A stretch of 64,000 nt of DNA, taken from the NCBI RefSeq assembly GCF_902713615.1, contig NC_052156.1, positions 6,003,913-6,067,912 of the forward strand. Direction: 5' to 3'. The position numbers were made by a program, and so were the translations under genes. The notes beneath the pieces are model-generated. The model saw nothing but the letters and a program-made list of their open reading frames with translations, made no database searches and was not told where the DNA came from. Of this stretch, positions 1 through 12,690 are shown one piece after another (the first letter of the stretch is position 1; every line of letters begins with the position of its first letter). This DNA comes from Scyliorhinus canicula (taxonomy: Eukaryota).

Positions 1-348
1 GCACTGCTGCCTCATGGCGCCAAGGTCCCAGGTTCGATCCCGACTCTGCACATTCTCCCCGTGTCTGCGTGGGTTTCGCCCCCACAACCCAAAAATGTGC
101 AGAGTAGGTGGATTGTCCCCTTAATTGGAAAAAATGAATTGGGTACTCTAAATTTGTTACAAAAAAAAAAATAATTTTTCCACAACCAAAAAAGGATGAT
201 TTGGTCAACACCAGATTGGTGTTTGTGGGAGCTGGCTGCATGTGAATTGACTGCTGCATTTCTCTACATTACCACAGTGACTCCACTTAATTGGTGGTAG
301 AATACTTAGGAATGTGACATGTTTCATCACGGTTCGTCTGTTTTTCAC

Positions 349-1013
349 GGGCGCGATTCTCCGCTCCCCACGCCGGGGGGGAGAATCGCAGAAGGGCCGG
401 GCGAATCGCGCCACACTGCCGTGGCACCCCCTGCGATTCTCCCACCCCCCCCCCCCCCCAAAATGGTGTGTCGCGTTTTGCGACACGCTGCTCGGAGAAT
501 CGCCGCTCGCCGTTTTTCCCGGCGATTCTCCGGCCCGGATGGGCCGGACGGGCCGGGCGGCCTGACGACCCCGACCGGTTCACGCCGGCAGCAACCACAC
601 CTGGTCGCTGCTGGTGTGAACATCGTGTGACAGGCAAGTGTGGGGCCTGTGGGGGACGGAGAGAGGATCGAGCACCACGGGCGTGCTCATCAGATACCTG
701 GCCCGCGATCGGTGCCCACCGATCGTCGGGCCTGCGTCTCTAAGAGATGCACTCTTTTCCCTCCGCCGCCCCGAAAGATCAAGCTGCCATGTCTTGCGGG
801 GCAGCGGAGAGGAAGACGGCAACCGCGCATGCGCGGCTGATGTCACTTAGGCGCCGCTGGCCATGTCATTCTCGGCGCACCGCTTTGACGCAAGCGTCAA
901 GGCCCGGCGCCCGAGATCCACGCAACGCCACTCCTAGCCCCCCCCCCCCCCCGGAAATAGGGAGCGAGGAGCGGCCTCAGTCACTGTTTCTCTCCGTTTC
1001 GGAGAATCGCGAC
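349..1013. mobile_element. Non-autonomous Harbinger (MITE)
   Basis: TIRs GGGCGCGATTCTCC...GGAGAATCGCG; same family as 2739-3442, in the opposite orientation. Confidence 0.8.
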
Positions 1014-1565
1014 ATGTCTCTCCCACCTACCCTGAATATGAGATGGATAGTGTAAAATATGTCCCCCTTCTGAATTTGTATGTGTCTGAAAAGGTATTGC
1101 TTGCATGAAGGAATATTTGAATAATATTGTTGAGATTTTTCCAATACTTGTGTCTGCTGTAATATGGTTCACTTTCTTGATCAACGAATATTTTATTATT
1201 TGTGTTGAAAGTTCATCAGCAAACCCCTGTGAATTTGTTCCGTAATTTACATCCACGGTTTCTCAAACAAGTTAGGATCTATTGTGATGAATGTAGGAAT
1301 TTCAGATGTATATTGTATTGTATGTAGCGAGTGCAGTAATGGTTAAAAGCCTGGGTTAGTGTGTGTATGTGACTGCTGTGGTAATGTTTATTGAAAATAC
1401 TGGTTTATAAACCAGGCAGCCACTGGAGCTACAGAAGGGATAATTAAAGCATTGTAAAAGTAAGACATAATTCATTCCGAACATGTATAGTGTTTACCTG
1501 AAAGGACTAATCAATTGTTTTATAAAGAAAGAAGGTTCCCTGGGTGGTAGATATTTGGAGACATT

Positions 1566-2192
1566 GGGCTGGATTCTCCCAAAATGAGACTATGTCTCCA
1601 CGCCGGCGTAAGAACGGTGGAGGTTTACTCCAGAAATTCCTACCTAAAAGTTGAACAAATTCTCAGCCCTGCAGGGGGCTAGCCGGGACCCGGAGTAAAT
1701 CTCGCAGCTTTAGCTGCGGATATGGGTCCCCACACCTCCGGTTCGGAGTCCGCGCATGCGCACGGTGGCAGCCTTCCATCCATGATGGACTCGGACCACG
1801 GAGCCAGACAGAAGAATGAGACCCCCCCCCAATCGGCAGCGCGCCCGAAACCGCGCAGATTTAACCCCATGCCGCCTATAAGGGCTCTCCCGGTCTCCGA
1901 TCCACCCCGCCCCCGACCAGGGCAGCTGCGGACTGAGTCCACAGCCTCCACACCAGCATCCCAATCGGCAATAGGTGGTTAGTTCCACGCTGTCGGGAAC
2001 TCAGCCGGTCGGTAGCGGAAGATTGTGAAGCGGGCCTCTGGCAATGGCCACCTGGCGTACTCCGCGGTCACGCCAATTTTCAGGTACCGGAGAATCACCG
2101 AACTGACGCTGGGCTCAATTACGGCGTGAAAGTGAGTTCTCCGCCCCTGCGCTGGCCGCCGTTTCGGCGCGGGGCTGCCGAGAATCCAGCCT
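1566..2192. mobile_element. Non-autonomous Harbinger (MITE) nested in a solo LTR
   Basis: TIRs GGGCTGGATTCTC...GAGAATCCAGCCT with a 3-bp TSD ATT/ATT. Confidence 0.88.
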
Positions 2193-2738
2193 ATTGTGTT
2201 TAGCCTAAGTAAAAGGACCATAATCCAGTCGGTGTGGTTAATGGGGAGAAGCCAGGAGCTGAATCAGTCAGGTCCTAATTTTTCAGGTAAAGAACTTGCT
2301 GTGAACAGAACAGGAGCTTTTTGCCAAATGCTGGGAAGTTAAACAGGCAAGAATCTGCAGGCTGTTTCCTGAAGGATCGCTCTCTCTCAAAGCAGTTCAT
2401 CAAAGACATCCCTGTACAGCAAGTATTCCTGGGTTTGCTAACTGTATTTAAAAATGGATTTCGATCTGAGATGGATTTTGCTTGATTGAAGATGAAAGAT
2501 AGCTGTTTGGAGTTAAAGTGTCTGATTTTACTGTTCAACACTGTTTAACAGGTAATTTAAAGCTATTTCTTGTATGATGTTAAAGTTAGTTTATTCCTGT
2601 GTTAGTAGTAAAGTTTATTTAAATATTCCATATCCCTATTTGTATTTGGAGACGCTCCTGGAACGAAGAATCCTTTTCTCACAGTTTTAGAAATTAAATA
2701 AATGATTAAGGTTTTTGTCCGGTATCCAAGCAAATATT

Positions 2739-3442
2739 GGGCGGAATTCTCTGCTCCCGGGAAAAATTGGGAGGGCCGTCGTGAACTTGGCCGAGTTTCA
2801 CGACGGCCTCGGAGGCCGCTCCTATTCTCCCCTCCCGGCCGGGCTAGGAGTGGCGCTCCGTAACTCTCGGCCGCGGGGGTGCCGCGGCAAGAATGACGCG
2901 GCCGGCGCGCCTAATGTCAGCCGCACATGCTCAGGTTGGCCGGCTCCAACCCGCGCATGCGCGGCTGACGTCATGATGCTGACGGCACGAACCCGCGCAT
3001 GCGCGGTGGCCGTCTTTCCCCTCAGCCGCCCCGCAAGACGTGGCAGCTTGATCTTGCGGGGCGGCGGAGGGGAAATAGTGCGTCCGATTTGGACGCCGGC
3101 CCGACGATCGGTGGGCACCGATCGCGGACCTGTCCCCTCCCGAGCACAGTCGTGGTGCTCTTTCCTTGCTAGGCCACCTACAAGCCCCAAACGGGCTTCG
3201 CACTCCCCATTTCACGACGGCAGCGACCAGGTGTGTTTGCCGCCGTCGTGAAACGGCCGCGAACGGCAGGCCGCTTGGCCCATCCGGGTCGGAGAATCGC
3301 CGTTCGGCGTGAAAACCGGCGAGCGGCAATCCTTCCGAGTGGGGTGGGGGAGAATCGTGGGGGGCGCCAGGGGGGCGTGAAATTTGTCGGGAGGCCCTCC
3401 TGCGATTCTCCCACCCGGCGTGGGGAGCGGAGAATTGCGCCC
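2739..3442. mobile_element. Non-autonomous Harbinger (MITE) nested in a solo LTR
   Basis: TIRs GGGCGGAATTCT...AGAATTGCGCCC with a 3-bp TSD ATT/ATT. Confidence 0.88.
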
Positions 3443-5454
3443 ATTGTGTCTGGTCCAGGATTGTAATACTATCGAGCCAGTTTTACTCTGGGCTCTGACT
3501 TGTCAGTATTATCAGCTGGGATCATAACACTACTTTAATGGGACCAGGAGTAAGCAACTCAGGATCTTCCTTAGGAAAGGTAGCTAACACTGATACTTGT
3601 CTGCCTGATCGCAGAGAGTGATCAGAATGGACTTTGTGGATAGACTGATGGAGCTGCAAATCCTGGAATCATTAAACAAACAATAAGTTGTAACAGTGAA
3701 AGGAGTGTAGGGTTGTTCCTGGTGGCTGAATTCAGATTGACCTCATGGCCTACCTCATCTATATCTAACTGGAGACAAAGAGCAAGATTAATCACAACTT
3801 TTAGGGGAAAATAAATCCGGGTGGTGCTCATTCAAGGCTTCCATGGAACGCCAAAACACAAGTGAATATCAGCCTGTAGCTATGCTCTGCTTTCTCCCAA
3901 TAGGCAGTCCCCATTACAGTACAGTGACCTTCGCACTATGAAAGAATTATTTTCCAAATATTTTCTCAATTAGTCTTTGCTGAAAGGTTAGGAACATGAC
4001 TGCGTACACTAATCAATAAATTACCAACTGATATTCATTTTAGGGAAAATACCCAGAATTGTCATTAATAGGTGAATGTGTCTTTGTCTCATTGAGTTTT
4101 GAACACTGCTCCATTCAGTCTTAACAGCTGGAGAACAGAATCTTGGATTGACATCCAGCAGGACATCCTCAGTGTGCCAAGTGAGTTATTCCAACCTCCC
4201 GGACTAATCATTAAAATGGTTACAACCGTGGAGAGAGCGTCCATGTTGTGGCCCATCAGACTGGTAATCTTCAGATTAAACCACCACCAGTCAGCTCTCC
4301 CCCTTAAAGGGGAAAGCAGCCTCTGATCATCTGGGACTATGGCGACTTTACCTTTTACCTTTAATCTTCTTTATGTCCTGTCAGTAAGTACGAAGATACA
4401 AACATAACAACAGGCTACATCATGAAGCATTTAAGTCGCTCTTAAGCCGACAGGCAGGAGGTTTCTTCATCGTATAGGCACTTCTTACCAGAAATAGTTT
4501 GTCACCGGTCTTAGCTTTTTTGTGGGATCTCACTTTGCACAAAATGGCAGCTGCACCCGTAAAAACAGTCACTTCAAAGTAATTCATTGTAGATGACGTA
4601 CAGGAGAGGCCCTTGAGAGGCTTTGCAAACGTACTACAAAACATAAACGCAATCTTCTTTTGCCTGCAATATACATTAATGCCAATGTACAATTGACCAA
4701 AAGCTACCTTAAAAGGATTCAACTAAATGATAGAAAATATATTTTCTTGTTGTGAAAAGCAGAAAAGTGCAATGAGATTCCATCTGAATTTCAAGATGGC
4801 TCCACAAGGCTAGGCTGAATGGCATTTTCTTAAATAAACAAGTGTTAGTAATTTGAAGTATTTTGTACATTTTATAAGCACAAAGAGAAAACAAATCATG
4901 GAAGAATTACACTTTTCTAATTAAATTTTTGTAGTGTAAATCTTACTTCCTTGCCATTTCCAATCAATCTTCCTCCAATTAACTGTCAAGATCGGTTGGA
5001 TTTCATTTTGTTGGAACAATGGATTAATACTGGATGATTTCCCAACTCAGACACTTTACACTAGAAACAAACACTACAGAGAGATGGGTAGCTTCAGATA
5101 TGCTCAGTTTATCCTCACCGAGACGAGAGACTTTAGCCTTTAGGCTGCAAGAGCTCTAGTAATTCAGCCAGCCCCAGACAGACATTGATAAGGTACAGTG
5201 GTGCTGCAGTAGTGTTAAGACTAGTAATCAGTAGAATGTGAGCTGAAATCCCACTATGCGCAGTTGGAGAACTTACGTTTTGTAAAAAGGAATTTGGGAA
5301 GAAAAAAGCTTGTAGCTGTAAAGCCAGCGCGAAGCTATCAATTGTCATAAAATTGCAATTGGCTCACTAATGTTCCTGTTGTCCTGGCCCAGTGTGGGTC
5401 TACATGTGACTCCAGACCCCACACCCACGCGGGCTAGTCTCAACCGTCATCTGA

Positions 5455-5633
5455 GGGGCTGGTTTAGCACACTGGGCTAAATCGCTGGCTTTTAAAGCAG
5501 ACCAAGGCAGGCCAGCAGCACGGTTCAATTCCCGTACCAGCCTCCCCGAGCAGGCGCCGGAATGTGGCGACTAGGGGCTTTTCACAAAAACTTAATTGAA
5601 GCCTACTGGTGACAATAAGCGATTTTCATTTCA
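5455..5633 (+). mobile_element. Short tRNA-SINE with a GGGGCTGGTTTAGC head (also 9352-9530, 15428-15600, 42500-42600, 46097-46267, 63142-63310, all on -)
   Basis: A box TTTAGCACACTGG and B box GGTTCAATTCC; it has the same CAGGCGCCGGAATGTGG...GTGACAATAA tail and ends in (TTTCA)n. Confidence 0.85.
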
Positions 5634-8600
5634 AATGGCCTTGCGTACCACTCAGTTCCAGCACACCAGTACAAAGTGCTTGCAGTGGTCCAAGAAACTG
5701 GTCCACCACCAACTGCTTCGGGCAACTTCAGATGGACAAGAAACGTTTGCCTGACCAGCTGCATTAACAACCCGAGAATAATTTTTTTAAAAAGTAGTAC
5801 AATTTCTGGTCCCATTGACTCACATGGCGGCTATAGCTTCAGGCTCATGGTTATCTAATATTTGCATTTTGTGTTACTGCTTTATAAATTTGCAAAGCCA
5901 GTTAAATTCAACATTATTATATGTGTTTTTTAAATAATTGGTTAACAGTTAAGAACATAGAAAATAGGAATCTGGAGTGGATGCTGAAGAACTTGCAACC
6001 ATCTTCAACCCAAAATCAGCTTGACAATCCACCTGGGTCTGCTCCTGTAGTCCCCAGCATCACAGGGATCAATCTTCAGCCAATTTGAGTCACTTTATCT
6101 GATACCAAGAAATGGCTGAACGCACTGGGTACAGCTGAGCTCGACCAACATTCTGGCTTTAGTACTGAAGATTTATAAAGACTAGTCCTGAAGAATTAAC
6201 TAACCACTTAGCCAAGATGTTCCCGTACTGCTGGCATCAACACAATATAGAAAACTCCCCAGATATGTCCTGGCCTCAAAAAGGCCAAACCCAAGCTGGC
6301 CAATTATCACCTCATCTACTCCAGATCAAGAGACGGAAGGTGTTGTCGACAGTGATGTCAAACCACAGTGCTTTCACGTCTATGACTCCCCAAAGCCTGT
6401 CCACCATCTACAAGGCACAAGTCAGGAGTGTGATGGAATACCCTCCACTTGCCTGGATGAGTGCAGCTCCAACAACACTCAAGAAGCTCGACATTATCCA
6501 GGACAAACCAGCCCCGCTTGATTGGCACCCCATCCACCACCGATGTGCAGTGGCAGCAGCGTGTGCCATCGAAAAGATGCACTGCAGCAACTCATCAAGG
6601 CTCCTTCAACAGCACCTTTTAAACCAACTAGAAGGACAAGAGCAGAAGATGCATGGGAACACCACCATTGGCAAGTTCCCCTCCAAAAGACATACCATCC
6701 TGACTTGGAACTATATCACCGTTCTTTCACTCTTGTTGGGCTAAAAGCTTGGAACACCCTTCCTAACAGCTGTAAATGTATCCTCGGAACATCGGCTTTG
6801 GAGCAGAAGTAGGCCACTCAGTTCTTTGAGCCTGCTCTGCAATTCAATAAAATCATGCCTGATGTGCTTGTGATCTCAACTTTCCTCTTCTATCTGCCCC
6901 CATAACCGTTGTCTATCAAAAATCTATTTAACTCAGCCTTGAATAAATTGAACGACCAAACCTCCACTGTTTTCTGGGGAAGATAATTCCACAGCCAAAC
7001 AACCTGAATATTGAACTGTATTTGACATTTCAGAAAGATAGCAAGCGAGGAAAAGGTGGTGGGGCAGCTCTGCTAATTAAGGATGATATTAGTGCAGTAA
7101 TGGGGGATGATCTTAGCTTGAAAGAGCAAGTTGAAGAATCAGTTTGGGTAGAAATAGGAAAGGTAAGCGATCACTAGTGAGAGTTGGTTATAGACCCCTT
7201 AAGAGTAGTTACATTGTAGGACAGAGCGTACAGGAAGAAATAAATGGGATTTGTCAGTCAGATACTTCAATGGTCATGGGTGATTTTGATCTACATGTAG
7301 ATTGAACATATCAGACAGGCAAAGGTAGCCTGGAAAATAAGTTCATAGAATGTATGCGGAACAATTAAAAAAAAAAAAGAGTAGTATGCATGAGCCAGGG
7401 AGAAGGCTCATCTAAACCTGGCAATGAATTAATAACCTCACGATAAAGGAGCCTTCAAATGTCCCTGATCATAACATGATAGAATTTCACGTTCAGTTTG
7501 AAGGGGAGAAGTGTGGATCTACGGCTAGTGCTTCAAACCTGAATAAAGTCATTCTAAGAGTAGGAAAGCAGAGCCGGTTAAAGTACCTGCAACAACATTT
7601 ATTGCCCCCCCTAATTACCTCTGAGAAGGAGATGGGACGCTGTCTTCTTGAACTCCACAGTTCCTGCGGTGTGGACAAGCCCACAATGCTGATTGGGTGG
7701 GGGGTTCCAGCAATCTGACCCAACATTTTGTGAAGAAGTGTTTCTTGACATCACCCGAATGACCTGAATCCAATTTTAAGGAGCAGCCCCTTGTCTACAA
7801 AAATAAAACAAACCATCCAAGAATCTCATTTCTGATCACGGTTGATGAAATGTACAAACACAGGGTCGGGAAGGTCATGAATAGGCACAGGTTGTAATTG
7901 GCCAGTTCAATACTGTGTCCAGATACTGTGCCACATTGGGGCTGAAATTAGGGAAGTTTGACAGACCTCAAACCATACCCCAGGAGGAGTCAGCACCTTT
8001 ATGAAGGAAAGTAACACTGAAAGTTCAGCAACAAGGTGGACATAATTTATAATGCTTCAAACCAAAATCCTCCCGCTCCTTTGAAATGAGCACATTGCAG
8101 TGAATGGGTGGTCTAACATCAGCAAACGACATAACTGCTAACATTTTTAATTTATATCACTTTTTTTTTAAAACAAACATGAATTCAAAGGTTCAATATT
8201 TTTTCTGCTTGAAGATGCAAGCTGATAGAAATCTCTGTGTCGAATTCTAAATTGCAACCTTTGGAAAAGGTTAACATGCGAATAAAAGAAGATGAACATC
8301 CTCGGTAATGCTTAGTTACAGTGATAAGCTGGACAAGATGATCGACCAGGGCTGAGAAACGTTATCTCTGCGGTTGCATGCATGTATTATCCGTATAATA
8401 TACCTGACAAAAACAGACTTCTATAAATGAAAAGGGCAGACGGGAAGATGGTGGGGGTTGGGGAGGAAGAGAGAGAGAGAAAAACACTGAGGCTTCAGTG
8501 AAACGGCTGGAAAAATAAAAGCGTGCCCTGGGTCTCAATCATTGCCACTTTACCCTTATTGTGCACTTTAGGGATGGAGTTCTGATTCCTATCACGACAT

Positions 8601-10094
8601 TTCAGTGAAATTTAATATTGCGGACTAGTTACAACTGCCAAATGCTCCCTCTGGCAGCCTCCATCTCCCCCCCCCCCCCCCCCCCCCCCCCCGGCCCCTC
8701 TAAATAGCCATCTTGGCTCCAGAGGCTGGTGAATGGCACTGCCACAGATGAGCAAGAGTCCTTGGCTGGAAACTTGACGGTGAGTGATTTAAGATTGTGT
8801 GGAGGGAGGGGGTCAGAAAACTCCCTGGAGGAGACGAGCAGGCTAGCGTAACCCCTTTCTATAACCATCCAAATAAACAATCAAACATACCTTGCCCTCA
8901 CCAAAGGCACAGCTGTTTACCTAACCCCTAAATCACTCAAGTCATCAATTCCGGCTTATTAAAGGCACATACACACACCAGTCCGGGATGCCTCAGTAAT
9001 AGCTTCAGCTTATTTACAGCTTCTTTCAGATCCTCCCCACAGCAGAGAATGTTTTTGTAGTCCTGTGACTGTGAAAAAAAACTGATTTCAGCCATAACCA
9101 GTTAAATATTTCCCTTTACATCAGGGAGCTATCTGATCCACTGTTAGATTAGAGATTATAATGAAGGCGAGCATTGATGCAGGATGGCTCAAATCGAAAA
9201 GACAATAATGGGGCAGCCAATTAGCACACAGCAAGGTTCATCAAACAGCAATGGAATAATGACCAGATTATATGTTATAAATGTTGGTTAAATGGTAAAT
9301 ATCGGCCAGGATAATATTTCAAAATAATGACTTAGGACCTGAGTGGGCAAGTAATAATAATAATAATTACTTATCGTCACAAGTAGGCTTCGATGAAGTT
9401 ACTGTGAAAAGCCCTAATCACCACATTCTGGCGCCTGTTTGGGGAGGCCGGTACAATAATTGAACCTGCGCTGCTGGCATTCCTCTGGGTTGCAAGCCAG
9501 CTATTTAGCCCACTGTGCTAAACCAGCCCCTAGGAGCTCATCTAAGATACCTGAGCACATAATCCAGACTGAGTCTAGTACCGAGGGGGTGCTGCAGTGT
9601 TGAAGAGGCTGCCTTCCAAATGAGATGTAAACTTTGTGTCCTCTCAGGTACGATCAGAAGGGAGCAGGGAGGTTTCCCCAGTGTTCAAGCCACTATTTAC
9701 CTCTGGTCAAATCTGCTTCTTTGACCAAAAGTTTGGTCAAATATGTTTTGTAGCCCCCCAGCTTGGGATGTTTTACTTGTTAAAAGTCTGATATAAATGA
9801 GTTGTTGTTAGCTTGCAGAGCAGATGGACAATATTCTTTCAGATGGCTAGAAATTGGAATTAAATTTAGATCTCGAGATGTCAGGAAACACTTAACACAA
9901 AGGGGAGTAAAAACCTGGAGCTCTCTCCCCACAAATGCTGCTGAGGCTGATGGCTCAATTGAAACATTCAGAACTGAGTTGAATGATTCTTGTTAAGATT
10001 AAGGGTTATGGAGCCAAGGCTGTAACCCTTGGCTGGATGTACAGATCAGTCATGATCTAGCTGAACGTAAGAACAGGCAAGAGGGGCTGAGTGG

Positions 10095-10497
10095 TGATGT
10101 GTTGGGCAGGCTGGGTCTAAGTGGACTGCGTTTGATGCAGTGTAGCGAAAGACAGACTTCCAACACTTGATGAGATGCAACACGATTTTATTTAACATCT
10201 AAACTATTTTACATGTTCAACTGTGGGTTGACACTATGCTGACTTGACTGGAGACCTGAGGCTAGCCTGACCAGACTTACTGACTACCGCATGGTGTTTG
10301 CATTGGCTATGCTCACGAGCTCTGACTGTCTCAGTGGCTGGATCCCGAGAGAGCGGGAAAACTGGTGCCCTCTGGCTTTATAGTGGTCGTGTCCTGCCTG
10401 GTGATTGGCTGCTGTGTTCTGTGTGCTCACTGGTCATCCTGTATGTCAATCACTGCCTGTCTGCACTCCATTATATACATGGATGTATATTATGATA
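10095..10497 (-). mobile_element. Solo LTR
   Basis: TG...TA (CA decayed) ends with a 5-bp TSD AGTGG on both sides. It splits a CR1 3' tail (gaggggctgagtgg|cctcctcc) and has AATAAA on the minus strand. Confidence 0.75.
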
Positions 10498-10537
10498 AGT
10501 GGCCTCCTCCTATTCCAATGTTCTCTTTTATCTTGCA

Positions 10538-10770
10538 GATTCAAAAGCAGCTTCTTCCCCGCTGTTACCAGACTCCTAAATTACCCTCTTATGGGCTGAT
10601 CTGATCTCTTCACTCATCTTCTCTACTGAGTTGTACTAGTCTCCTATCTCCTTCACCCGATGCCTGTGTCTATGTATTTACATTGTGTATTTTATGTTTG
10701 CCCTATTATGTATTTTCTTTTCATGTACGGAATGATCTGTCTGAACTGTACGCAGAACAATACTTTTCAC
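10538..10770 (+). mobile_element. Rex1/Babar-type LINE 3' fragment (a terminal piece with an (AAATC)n tail is at 39440-39562)
   Basis: ORF end RFKSSFFPAVTRLLN; 3' motif ATACTTTTCAC, continuing as TGTAC...GTGACAATAAA in the 39.5-kb copy. Confidence 0.65.
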
Positions 10771-12690
10771 AATATATTCAGTGACGACCTCCACAGCCTT
10801 CTGCAGTAATCACCACCCTTAATGAAGGGGATGCTCCTAATCTCAGTCCTAAATGGCCCGTATCCTGGGACAGTCACTCCTTGTTCTAGACCACCCCCAG
10901 CCAGAGGAAACAACATCCCTGCGTCCAGTTTGTCCAGCCCTGTTAGAACTTTAGGCGTTTTCAACAAGATCCCCCCTCACTTTTTTAAACTCCAGTGAAT
11001 AGAGGTCCTGTCGACCCAATCTCTCCTCATACGATAATCCTGCCAGCCAAGGAATCAGTCTGGTGAACCTTCACTGCATTCCCTCGATGCCAAGTATATC
11101 CTTTGTAAGGTGAGGAGACCAAACCTGCACACAATACTCCAGGTGTGGGCTCACCAAGGCCCTGTACAGCTGCAGTAAGCACCCTTGCTCCCGTACTCAG
11201 GTTCTCGTGCAATGAAGATCAACATTCCATTTGCCTTCCGAAATACTTGCTGCACACTTGCTTTCAGTGACTGGTGTACACAGACATCTTGGTCCCTTTG
11301 GTAGATTATCATTTCCCAATCTATCACCATTTACACAAATACTCTAGCATTCTGTTTTTTCTACTGAAATGGATAACTTCACATTTATCCATGTTATTCG
11401 GCACCTGTCAAGTATTTGCCCACTCATTCAACTTGCTTAATTTTGCCTTGAAGCCTCTTTTCATCCTCCTCTCTGCTCACATTCCCACCTAGTTTTCTGT
11501 CGTCAGCAAACTTGGAAATATTAAAAATGGTTCCCTCATCAAAATAATTTTTGTATATTGTGAATAGCTGGGGCTCAAGCACCAATTCCTGCGTGACCCC
11601 ATTAGTCACTGCCTGTCATTCCAACAAAGAATCATTTATTCCTACACTTGTTTCCAGTCTGCTAACCAATTCTCAATCCCATGTGTATTAATTTTACACA
11701 CTAACCTCTTTGGTGGGTCTTTATTAAAAGCTTTCTAAAAATCCAAATATACCACATCCACTGGCTCTCCCTTATCCCTAAGAGTTACATACTCCAGGAG
11801 ATTTATCAAACATAGTTTTCTTTTCATAAATCCATGTTGACTTCGCAAATATCAATGGGATTTGACAGTGTCCTGTTATCACATCCTTTATAATAGACTC
11901 TCAAGCAATTTCCAGATTACTGATATTAGCCTAACTAGTCTGTAATTCCCTGTTTACTCGATCCCTCCTATTTTAAATAGCAGGGTGACACTAGCCACCC
12001 TCCAGACTGCTGGGATTGTTCCAGAATCTGCTGAATTTTGGAAGATGACAACCAATACATCCGTTATTTCCACAGCTACCTTGGGGCAGCACGGTAGCAC
12101 AAGTGGACAGCACTGGCTTCACAGCACCAGGGTCCCAAGTTCGATTCCCCGCTGGGTCACTGTGCGGAATCTGCACGTTCTCCCCGTGTCTGTGTGGGTT
12201 GCCTCCGGGTGCTCCGGTTTCCTCCCACAGTCCAAAGACGTGCAGGTTAGGTGGATTGGCCATGATCAATTGCCCTTAGTGACCAAAAAAAATAGGTTAG
12301 GAGGGGTTATTGCATTCCGGGGATAGGGTGGAAGTGAGGGCTTAAATGGGTCGGTACAGACTCGATGGGCAGAATGGCCTCCTTCTGCACTGTATGTTCT
12401 ATGTTTGGTGTCCTGGGATACAGATTATCAAGCCCTGGTGATTTATCGGCTTTCAGTTTCATTAATTTCTCCAGCATCTTTTCTTTACTAATACTAATTT
12501 CCTTCAATTCTTACTTGTTACTAGACCCTTGATTCCCTAGCATTTCTGGCAAGTTATTTGTGCCTTCTTCCGTGAAGTTGGAACTAAAGTTGTTCAGTTG
12601 TTCTTCCAATTCCTTGTTCTCCATTATAAATTCTCCTCTTTCAGATTGTAAGGGACCTACATTTGTCTTCACTATTATTTTTCTTTTGTC
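10770..12690 (-). mobile_element. Older CR1 relic interrupted by a SINE
   Basis: Translated pieces KADKSPGLD, VTQELVLEPQLFTIY and ISKFADD. Confidence 0.8.

Larger units (their letters stand above)
1283..3529 (+). mobile_element. Solo LTR (probably Gypsy-type) interrupted by two Harbinger MITEs
   Basis: Termini TGTGATGA...TCATAACA form an imperfect inverted repeat, the flanks are CTAT/CTAC (4-bp TSD), and about 0.9 kb of LTR-like sequence remains once the MITEs are removed. Confidence 0.7.
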
